64,000 nt of DNA from Dimorphilus gyrociliatus (Eukaryota > Animalia > Annelida): NCBI GenBank assembly GCA_904063045.1, contig CAJFCJ010000009.1, positions 2,542,968-2,606,967 of the forward strand, in the 5' to 3' direction. Positions 10,989-21,763 of the stretch are shown here, in pieces; position 1 is the stretch's first letter, and the number at the start of each line of letters is the position of its first letter. Both the position numbers and the translations under genes were made by a program. The notes below the pieces were generated by a model. The model had not been told where the DNA came from and made no database searches. It saw only the letters and a list, made by a program, of their open reading frames with translations.

Positions 10989-13433
10989 TTAATATCCCTG
11001 TATATCGTCATTACAACAAAATTCCACAATAAGATGACCCGGTATAGGTTGAAAACCTTGTTTCTCACCACTTATTAAATCTAATTTTTTCTTTTTCATA
11101 TCTTCGCTATTTATATCACGTCCATCAATTCTTCCCTCTCCAATGACTGTACTTCGAAAAGTTCCATGTTCTAGAATCTTTTATTTTTGGAAATAGTATC
11201 ACTTTAACTTTGTTAAAAGATACTTTTCTCTTACCTGAATAACTATTGGTTCTGTAACTTTTCTACGATAGAAGAGACAACGAATATCGTATTTACAATT
11301 GAATTTACCAGAATTTCTCATTAATTCTTTAGCTTTTGTCGGTACTCCTTGTACTCTATCCTTTTCGCTCTTAACAACAATAAATGTTATAAAATTATCC
11401 GCTCTTGCATTACTCGTATCAGGTATCTCTAGACCATCAACCTCTTTAATGATAACTCTTGTCGCCAAATTATATGGAGCTGTACAGCAATTTAATTGTT
11501 CAGGAACTGGAATTTTTAATTCTCTTTTGTTGTTAAAATAATAAATTCACTAGTTTTAATATGATGATTGCTTAAGAGAATATCTTATGTTTGTATTTTG
11601 ATTACCTTGGTGTCATTCCAGATGCTGTGTAAATCCTTAAAAGGAACTTGCCAACAATATTAGGTTCAACAGTGCTTGGTACTAAGATATATCTACCTCT
11701 TAGTAATGAGCTTTTAAGATAAACGCTTCGAACTCTTCTATATTTGGTAACAACTATTGTCTCACCTTTCTCGTGTATTCTATATTTTCTGAAAAGAGAT
11801 TTGTGTAAAGGTTATTATAGGTTAATAATACTTTTCGATTCATTTTTTTACTGGTTATCAGCTACCCTCATTATATGAAATCCAATAGCTCTGATTGAAG
11901 CTCCAACACTCATATCAGGTCTTATATCGGTAGCCTCTAAGGAGAATGTTGCTCCTTCGTGAACAGCCGCAATTTCAAATAGAAATTGAGGATTGTCAAG
12001 AAATGAACTATGCTTTTCATTACCACCGCTTCTATCCCATTTGGTTCCCTTTGCTCCGTGTGTCCAGCTACTATGGAATGTAGTTTCCTTATATGATTTG
12101 ATTGTTGTTAAAAATGATGTATTGACAAAATGATTAATATAAACATGAGTAAAATTTGTTAAAAAATCATCTAGATCCATCCAAAATTCACTTTCATTAT
12201 TATACAATATACCCATTGCATCCCTATCTTTTTGAGATAAATACGACATTTCTCTTGATTGCTCACACCATCTACCTTTCCAGTCTCTATTACCAAGAGG
12301 ATTTCTTAACCGTATTAGATAAATTGTATCTGTGTGAAGAGGATCTTGTAATCTCTTATCAACAAATGATTCTACGACGGAAGTTATAACATAGCCAAAA
12401 CCCTTATATAAACCATTTGGGGATATTTTCAATTTTTCAGATTGAGGACATTCTATTAATGTTGTCATAAGGGCATTGTTCCTATTAGCATCCAAAAGAA
12501 TTCTAAATAGTTGGTGGCGATATTGATCTTGAGATAAATTATAATCTTCGAAAAGTATAGATTGAGCAACACCACCTGTAAAATCTACCAAAGTATTACA
12601 AGGATTGCTCAAGTGCATAGTCTCGTAGTCTCCATAAAGTCTAGAAGAACGTAATAAAGGATTGAAGATTAAATAGGAGGGATATATGAATTTATTAATT
12701 TACTTTGCATAGGCTTTTTGGCAAAGTGACGCCCAAAATTCATTTCTACTTTTTGAATTACAATAGAGCAGCTTACCATTTTTAGTAGGAAGTAAATCAT
12801 CAATTACAACTTGATACCATTTACCTAATCTCCAGAAATTAAATTTAAAGATACCTGCATATTCGTTATCATTTGTCCATTCTTGCTTTTTACAGTCTGG
12901 TATTACCTGTATAGTTTCATTCAATTTCATTTTAGAATATATAAGATATATAATATACTTTATAAAGCATCTTTTGATTAGTTAATAGGGCACAACAGCA
13001 GGATGCAAACCATCCAGATCCATACATTCCTTCGTGTATATCATCTGTTGTAGCACCGTCAACCACTAATCTTGGAACTTTACACAACTCTTTCGGTCTC
13101 TTCCACTCAACTCTTGTATCAATTTTACTGTAGAACATTGATTTATTATTGGCGGGAAATTCTGGGTCAACAAATAATTCTCCTTTAGAAAGTAGTCTCT
13201 TCTTAAGCTCATTATATTTTTGATTACGGAACGCTAAGATTTTACTCAAACCTCCAACTCTATTTTGAACATCACCCTATGTTTATTTTTTATTAGAATA
13301 TAAATAGAAATAATCAATTAATATTAAAAAATAATAAGAAGAAAGGCATAAAAAAAGTAGATCCTTAATAGATTCTGTTGGATATTATTACCTCGCTACC
13401 TCCATAAACATGAATATTAGTCGAATCTTCCAT
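10989..13433 (-). CDS. Calpain-5/6 (TRA-3-type) protein: CysPc, domain III and C-terminal C2; catalytic Cys and His replaced
   Basis: [89 protein letters not shown], followed by a C2-like tail. About 7 exons. The QGxLGDCW motif reads EGMYGSGW and GHAY reads GFGY. Confidence 0.88.
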
Positions 13434-15067
13434 TACAGTTTATTTATAGGATAAAATATCTATTACATATAGTTTAATAAATATATTATTAAAAATTATT
13501 TATTAAGATTTTTAATCAACTAATATAAACAATGTTTAAACTTTTAAATTGTTAAAAATATGGTAATTTAAATAAAACATAAATAAAGAACGATATTAAA
13601 GATATATTAATAAACTGAATATATAGAAAGATATAGAGATATGAAGTTAAAAATAATTTTATTATTTGAATGTTTTCGTGTAACACTTTTATTTCGATTT
13701 ATAAAATTTAAAAGACTTTTTATTCGTTTCACTATTTTTTTTGCACCTATTTGTTAAATTATTTTATAAAACAACACAAAAGACAAGCGCATAATTGACA
13801 CTTCTCTTCAAAATCACTTACAAGTACTCTATATGAGTTCTATCTACTCTGCCCACGTCTAAGGGTATATAAGGAGGTATAACGCAACGTGTCAGTGCAG
13901 TTCGAAATGGAGATGGACGAATAGACATGAAAGTGGTATCGTGGCTTTAAAGATGTTGTTTGTGAAGTATTGGCACTTGCTTGCTTAGACTTTAAGGAAT
14001 CTTCGATCACTGAAAGTGTCATCTTCGAACTGCCAATTTGCGAATGCCAAAAAAACAGAAAGAAAACAAGCAACGAAAAGTCTAACACAGTTGGAAAGCT
14101 TGAATAGCAAAGCCTTTCTAAAGCCAAATGGGAACGACGACGACAACAACATGAATCATAGAATGGTAGATCTATAAAGAGATTGCTGAAAACAAACTAT
14201 TGAGTGTAGAGGAATACAAAAGGTCTTGTGAATATATTACATATGAATCTATGGATTGTTAAAGTATAATGATTACGTTATTCGATGTAATAAGGTAATT
14301 TTTCTGCGTGGAACGTGTAAAATGTTCCACCTCGGAAAAATTGGGGAATTTGGTAATAGCGAAGATAAGTATATTTCGAAGTGGACAAATCATTCTAAGA
14401 TTATAAGTCCTGTTCTTTGGAGGGTGCAATCTTATGTAAGGCTGAAGATTTGCTTTTTGAGGTATTCTAGCTGGCAACGGTTGACATGTGGTTATTAGAG
14501 AAAGAGCCAAAAAAGTAGCTTCTAACGGCCATATCGTCGAATTCAGGTGATGTATTTCCTGTCGCAACCAGAGTCAATGATATATATGTGAAAAAAAATT
14601 ATATGTATATATTGTTATTAAATAATTGTGGCATTTTAAAAAAAAATACAGAGCTGCGGTAGCAAAAACTTGTGAATTTTTTTTAATTTAATAGGGAAAT
14701 CGTTTCCCGAAAACAATGTAGATTATATAATAATTTAAGAAACAGACTACAACAGTGGTAAATCTACTTAGTGCAAATGTTCTTCTCTCCTTCATTTAGT
14801 ATTTCTTACTTGGTCGACAAATATCTTTAAAACTTCTGATTTACTATTTGATAAGAATGTTTGTTGCATTCAATTTCTTGATAATCCATTATTTTATTTA
14901 GTTTCTTGAATAATGCTTTTATTTCTTAATGTCTTAACGACGCTAAAATTAGGATAATTAGGGCAATTTAGGATATTATGCAATCTAATATTCTCGGCGA
15001 AGCCTTATTTGAAAAAAATACAGATGGCGCTTGATGATGTTATGACAACAAATACTAATACACCGTT

Positions 15068-17186
15068 ATGGGCTCAGCTCCCAGTAAAAAAAATTTCACA
15101 CAACCGAAATCGAGCTCCGATTCTAGTGACAATAACAAACCAGAAGATTTAGATTCAATCACAGATATTGCTGTTGACTCAGGACCAGACGAATATGAGG
15201 CTGAAAAAATTCCAATAATAGAAAGGCTCAAACTAGTTCAACCTTTTGATAGAAAAGCTTGGTTGGAATATGCCAGTCAAAGTAAAACCGTTTTTGGAGA
15301 TTTTAGGATTCTATGGGAACAAAACGTAAAGGCTCAACGAAATGTATTTAATGATATAAAAATAGTGAGCGATATACCTAAATTATTTAATACTGTGCTC
15401 GAAATGTTCTTCTTAGATGATGACAACTTTTCATTTCCTATTGTTAAAGATCTCACAGGATTTATGCATAACGCTTCACACTTTTCTTCAAAATTTTCCA
15501 AGATGATTTTTAATGAAGGATGCGTTGATCTTATCATGAACAGAATCATTTCAAATTGGAGATTAGCCATTGAAACTCTCTTTGAAAGTGACTTTAACGA
15601 AAAGTGTGGCATAAGTATTAACGATAGATTTCAAGTACTATTCGGATATTATGGAATACTTCATAATGTAATAAGACATAATAGTGAAACCCGAATTCCA
15701 TTAAGGAGTCTGGGACTTTTGGAAAAGGTGAACACGTGCATTGAAAGCTTGAATAAAATAAAATCTATTGCACCTGCAGAATTCTTGAAACTTAGTTGCT
15801 ATTTTATCCTGGCGTACTTGATTACGGAAGGTGAGCAAGATCTTGTGGAGACGAGTCGGCTAACTCTTACATATATTGTAACTATACTTTCAAGCGCTTT
15901 AAAATATGAGAATCATCATTCATCGGATTTCGGTTTCGATTCAGAGGAGACTCTTCTAGCAATCAATCAATTAGCTAAGAGTGATAAAAATAAAGAAATT
16001 TTGGCAGGACACCTTAAATTAATATTTCAGGCAATGAATGAAGCTCTAAATGAAACTGAACAACAACATGCTTTGAATTGTCTTTGGACTCTATCATTCA
16101 ATGAAAAATGTAGAGATTATATTAAAAGACCGACAAATATAAGAAACTTAGAGAATGTGTCTAAACAGGGAAAAAGTATAGCTTGCCAACGATTAGCCAA
16201 CAATGTCCTTTTTGAAGTGAGAAAAGCTGATAAAATTATTGAAGAAATTAACACACAGGCTGGTGAGATCAAAGGTCATGTTATGCTGAGCTATAGTTGG
16301 AAATTTAAATCAATCGTTTTTAAAATTCGTGATTTTCTAAGAAGCAAACAATACAATGTTTGGATTGATGTCGATTCTATGAGTTTGTAGTAAATTTAGC
16401 TTTTTGATTATTAATATTTTAATAGTTTTCCTTCTTCCTATAAAAGAGGGTTCAACGATTGATTGTATGGCTGAAGCTGTGGAAAATTCCAGCATTGTTA
16501 TTGTTTGCTTTTCGCACAAATATAAGGAGAGTACGCCGTGTAGAAGTGGTAAGGTTGAACTTATAAATGATTAAATGATCGCGTCTCTATAAATATCTTC
16601 ATTTTATACTATTAGAAGCCGAATATGCTTATCATCTTAAGAAAGAGATTATTCCAGTTAAAGTTGAGAAAGATTATAAAGCGGATGGATGGCTCGGTTT
16701 TATAGTAAATACAAGGCTGTGGATTGATTTTACAAAATCAGAGGTCAGCGTTGCGTATGAAAAACTTTTAAATCAATTAGGATCTAAAGGAAAGCGAAAT
16801 AATAATGCCGTCCCACGAAAAGCGGTAATACAAGAGATTAAAGCTGAACCTTCATACCAATCCAACACCAATTCTGAAACAAAAAGTGTAAAAGACTGGA
16901 CAGAAAAAGATGTCCAAAATTTTATTATCAATGAATGTGGATTGAAAAAATATGGTTATCAGTAAGTTTCGTTCTAAACAAACCGACTAATTAGAAGTTT
17001 ATATAAATTTACTGTAATTATTCTCGTAACAGCTTCAAAAATTGCTCTGGTCCCGAATTATTAGAGCTAAAAAGACTAAGTGAATTAAGTCCGGGATCGT
17101 TTTACTCTTCTATAAAAACCGATTTAGGATTACCGTTAATCGACGGTTTAAAATTATCAACAAATCTACAGCGATTAGATTGTTAA
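15068..17186 (+). CDS. ARM-TIR-SAM protein, paralogue 3 (~638 aa)
   Basis: Exons 15068-16382, 16447-16548, 16616-16961, 17033-17186 (1917 nt, open frame). Same motifs and intron positions as paralogue 1; starts MGSAPS. Confidence 0.88.
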
Positions 17187-17695
17187 AAAAGATAATTACT
17201 TCTGTTAATAAGGAAGCTAATTTTCTCTTTTTTAATAAAAAAGTTCTTTTCAACAGATAAGAAATATAAAAGGTTATTTAACTATCTTTTTCAGTAATCT
17301 TTTCTTTATTCTGTTCATTGTATTATAAATAATGTAAATTTTTTTGTCATATTTAATATTTTCATATAATTAAATAGAATACTCAATCGATGACTCACTG
17401 CCTTAAGTATATATACCGTATATATATATATATAAATTACGCTATTAGTCTATTGATTGGTCAGAATAATAAATAATTAATTGGGTGAGTCATCCAATTG
17501 ATTATTGAACTTGTAAGCAGGATTACATTATCAACAATGTTAGAAATGAAAATAAGCAATCGGAATTCCTCTTTGTAATGTCGGTATATAGTCATTTAAG
17601 GCCCACGACACAGTTTATTCACTCGTATTTTTCTCTCTAACACGAAGGATTTCACAAAGATTTTTTTATAAAGAAGTATTAATATTTACATTGAA

Positions 17696-19658
17696 ATGAA
17701 TATTAGAGAAATAAAGAATACCATAAAATTTAAAATTCAATTAGCTAGACAGTCCACGAAATCAGATTGGCCGGAACAGATAAAGAATTTCGCGACAGAT
17801 GGATTATTCGTAGCTTTACTGACGGAATGGAAAACTAGACAGCTACCTCTTGAAGACATATTTTCTAATACTGATTTAATTCGTGACTTACCAACGTTAT
17901 TCATAGATCTCCACGAAAGATTTTTGATTAAGGAAACCGATTTTATATGCTCAGCTATTGAAGATATATGTATATTTTTTCTATCGGCAACACATTATTC
18001 TAGTGTATTTTGTAAAAGAATTTTTCAAGATGGTTGTATTGAATATATGATAGAAAAAGTATTATCTCATTCATTATTATCAATTGATAACTTGTTAAAT
18101 CCGCAAAAAGTAAAAAATAATAATTTACTCAATTTTAAAAGCGCCTTGATATTTCGTTATATTGGTATTCTACATAATATACTCAGACTGAATGAAGATC
18201 TAAGAATTCCAGTGAAAAATCTTGGTACATTAGATTTAATGATTGATATGATACATCAATCAGTTTATTATACAGAGTCCGAAGCTAGTAGGTTCCTTAA
18301 AGTTTTTTGTTACATAACTTTAGCATATTTATTGGATGAAACTGAAGTTAATCTCATGCAAACTTGTTTACAAACTTTAAATTTTATAAGGGATATGCTT
18401 AAAAGAGGTCTTGAAAAGGCTGACCATCAGTCTGAATATGGTTTTTATGTTGATGAAACTCTACACGCGATAAATCAATTGGCGAAGAATGATGATAATA
18501 AGAAATTAATGAAAGGTTATATACCATTATTGTTTAGGGTGATAGAACATTCTAATGATGTTGAGGAACGATGCGCTTTAGATTGTTTATATACTCTCTC
18601 TTTTGATGATGAATGTAAAACTGTAATAAAGAAAGAAGGTTATATAAGAATATTACAGAAGTTGTCTGAATATCATACAAATACTGATAGAAAAGATATA
18701 GTTAAAGCAATTCTTTGGGAAATTGATGAAAAATACAGAAAGGAGTTGACACTTTCAAATAAACAATCGAAAAAATTTGATTTTATGCTTAGTTATCAAT
18801 GGCAATATCAAAAGGTTGTGATGAAAATCAGCAATTCTCTCAAATCACTAGGATATAAGGTTTGGTTAGATATTGAACAAATGAGTAAGTAATCGTAAAC
18901 ATATTTAACTTATTATCAATAATTATAATACTATAAATAAAGATGGTTCAACAAATGAAGCTATGGCGTATGGTATTGAAAGTTCAACGATGTTTATTAT
19001 GTGCTTTTCGAGATCGTACAAAAATAGTAACAACTGTAGAAGAGGTATCTATATATCCATTTATGATTTTTTCATTATTATTTCTTAAATAGGCTTAAAT
19101 ATGAAATAGACTGTTGATTTTTAGAAGCGGTATACGCCAGTGCCCTAAATAAGGTGATAATTCCTTTAAGAATGGAGAAATACTATCAGGGGACTGGATG
19201 GCTTGGAATAATAATTGGAGATAAGTTATGGGTAGATTTTTCAGATTTAGAGAAATATCAATCATCTTTTAAAGGTCTTACGCATCAAATAGATATCCTG
19301 AAACATAAAGATCATAGCAATATTCCGATTACCACTAACCCTTCACCTATAGAATCAAACAATCCTTTAGAGTGGCCTAAAGATAAGGTTCATGATTTTA
19401 TTAAAAACGATTGCGGGTTAAAGGAATACTCTTATCAGTAAGTTGTTGAGTTATTAATATATTTATACATGTATAAGTAAAATGATGATCATTTATCATA
19501 GCTTCGAGGATCTTACTGGCGCAGAATTATTAACGTATAAAACTCTATGCCAAGAAAATCTTAACAATTTTCTCTTATCATTAAAAGACGATTTGAAAAT
19601 CCCGTTTAAAAATGCAATGAAATTTTCAACTAGTTTAAGACAGTTAAAAACTGATTAA
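17696..19658 (+). CDS. ARM-TIR-SAM protein, paralogue 4 (~586 aa)
   Basis: Exons 17696-18884, 18943-19044, 19125-19437, 19502-19658 (1761 nt, open frame). TIR FMLSYQW...CRREAVYA...GWLGIIIG; SAM PLEWPKDKV. The true 5' end is uncertain because there is no Gly2. Confidence 0.85.
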
Positions 19659-19967
19659 AGACACTTTTTATATTCAGTATAAACATTATACTGTATATAA
19701 ATACAGAAGGAATAGTATCAATTGAGTATTGTTTTATTAATTCTTTTTTAAGAATAGGCCTATTTCGTAGTTGAGTAGATTCAATTTTGGCACCTAGATT
19801 TATTTTATGCGTGTTGTGTTCTTGCGTTACCACACTTGCATTGTAACAAGTTAGAAGACAAAAGGTGATTATTGTTAAATCTGTAAAGAAAAAACATACA
19901 AAAATAGGTTATTTTAATAGAACACTTTTAATAAAGAGAAAAGTTAGTTAATTTTGAAATATTTATT

Positions 19968-21200
19968 ATGGGTTTGGCAACTAGTTGTATGGTTAGAAAT
20001 AGAAGAATACGATCGGAGTATGAAAATGAAATTTATTTAAATAAGCCTAGCGACAGCGATGATAATTCATTAGAAGAATATGATATTGAATATTACGAGG
20101 AAACGAAATGCGCATTCAAGAGAAGAATGGTACAAGCTTTAAATTGGAGAAGAGAAGATTGGATAAGAAGTTATGGTGGTGAATTGGTTGATAATCTTAT
20201 ATTTTTAGAGTTTATTTGCAATTGGAAGAAAAATTCAATACCCTTGGAAGTAATTTATGCAGATGAAGATATATTTGAAGACTTACCAGAGTTATTTATT
20301 AAGTTAATTAACGTTTGTTTACTATCTGAGGAAGTGTACATTTATCCATTATGGGATTTTGGTATTTTTCTTCAAAAAGGTACCAGCGTTTCGTCGGAAT
20401 TTGGTAGATTACTCTATGATCAACAATGCGTTGAATTTCTTATAAAAACAGTACTTCCTCATCATAAACTTGCAATCGGATCTTTTGAAGATGACGTTGA
20501 ACCTTGTGGATTTTTGATAATACTTTTCTATATAAGAGCTATTCATAATATTGTTATGTTACACGATGATTTAAGAATGCCTGTTAGAGATATTGGCGCA
20601 CTTGACGAGATAAGTAAGAAACTTGACCCGCTAAAAAGAATTAACTACGATAATAGCGATGAACTAAAATTATTTGAAGCAATTAGTAAAATGACATTAT
20701 CTTATTTAATAAAAGAGGGAGAAGATGATCGTTTTCTAACAAATGCTAATAGTCTTTGTTTCATACTGAAAAATCTTATTGAAATAGAGAAAAGTTCTCA
20801 TTATAATGCGCTAAGCAAAGATGAGAAATTAATTAAAGAATCATTTTATATCGAAGCAGACGAAATACTCTTTTCAATTAATCAAATAGCACAAAATGAG
20901 AAATACGACGAATTATTCTCAGAATTAATTCCAGCTTTATATAGATTCATTAAAGATACTACGAAAATAAGAGACAAGAAATTAGCATTAGATTGCTTAT
21001 GGACTCTATCCTTTTACGAAAATTCTAAAAAGGTATTCAAGAGTCAAAAACTTTGTGAAAAATTGCATAAAATCTCAAGGAAAGCCTCAAATGTTACTGT
21101 TCAAAAATCTGCTGAACGAATTGTTAGAGAACTTAGTAAGAAAAATCGTGCTAGTGAAAGTAGTTCATTGTCTAAGCACAACGGAAGCTTAACCTATTAA
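19968..21200 (+). CDS. ARM-only paralogue 5 (410 aa, single exon, no TIR or SAM)
   Basis: Aligns to the ARM exon of paralogues 1-4 (DEILFSINQIAQNE; LDCLWTLSFYE) and stops at NGSLTY*, where the others begin the TIR. Starts MGLATSC. Confidence 0.82.
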   Translation: MGLATSCMVRNRRIRSEYENEIYLNKPSDSDDNSLEEYDIEYYEETKCAFKRRMVQALNWRREDWIRSYGGELVDNLIFLEFICNWKKNSIPLEVIYADEDIFEDLPELFIKLINVCLLSEEVYIYPLWDFGIFLQKGTSVSSEFGRLLYDQQCVEFLIKTVLPHHKLAIGSFEDDVEPCGFLIILFYIRAIHNIVMLHDDLRMPVRDIGALDEISKKLDPLKRINYDNSDELKLFEAISKMTLSYLIKEGEDDRFLTNANSLCFILKNLIEIEKSSHYNALSKDEKLIKESFYIEADEILFSINQIAQNEKYDELFSELIPALYRFIKDTTKIRDKKLALDCLWTLSFYENSKKVFKSQKLCEKLHKISRKASNVTVQKSAERIVRELSKKNRASESSSLSKHNGSLTY

Positions 21201-21573
21201 AAATCTTGTTCAATTAATACAAAACTTGTCTTATTATTAATTAGATTATACTTCAAACGTTAGAGTTTAGATATACGAAAATTCCAAATTACATCCAATC
21301 TAAACAGGAACAATTATTCCTCACATAAGATAATTGTAAGAAACAAATAATCTTACCTCCTGATACTTTACGTAATATGATTAGATAATGGTTATTCTAT
21401 ATTCAAAAGCTGAATAATTCATCTATAATTTAAATATTTAAATATTACAAAAACATACCTACATACACACGCATACGTGCATAGATATTACATAAACATA
21501 CACGAACATATACATACATAAATTTGCATATATATATATCTAAATTTGAATAATTTGAATAAGAAGCAAAACA

Positions 21574-21732
21574 ATGATTAAATACTACATTACTTCAATG
21601 ATTATCATTTATAATATATACTTTTCTAGTCATTCTTGGTATGACAAATACACTCTTCAATTAAATTTTACGAAAATGATAAGAACAGATAATCACTGTT
21701 TACAAGGTTTTCAAAATGGTATATATATACAG

Positions 21733-21763
<31 letters not shown>

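Noticed and set aside
6044-19658. Calling the array SARM1/tir-1 orthologues
   Set aside because: The domain order (TIR before a single SAM) and the TIR_2-type motifs differ from SARM1, so no symbol was assigned.
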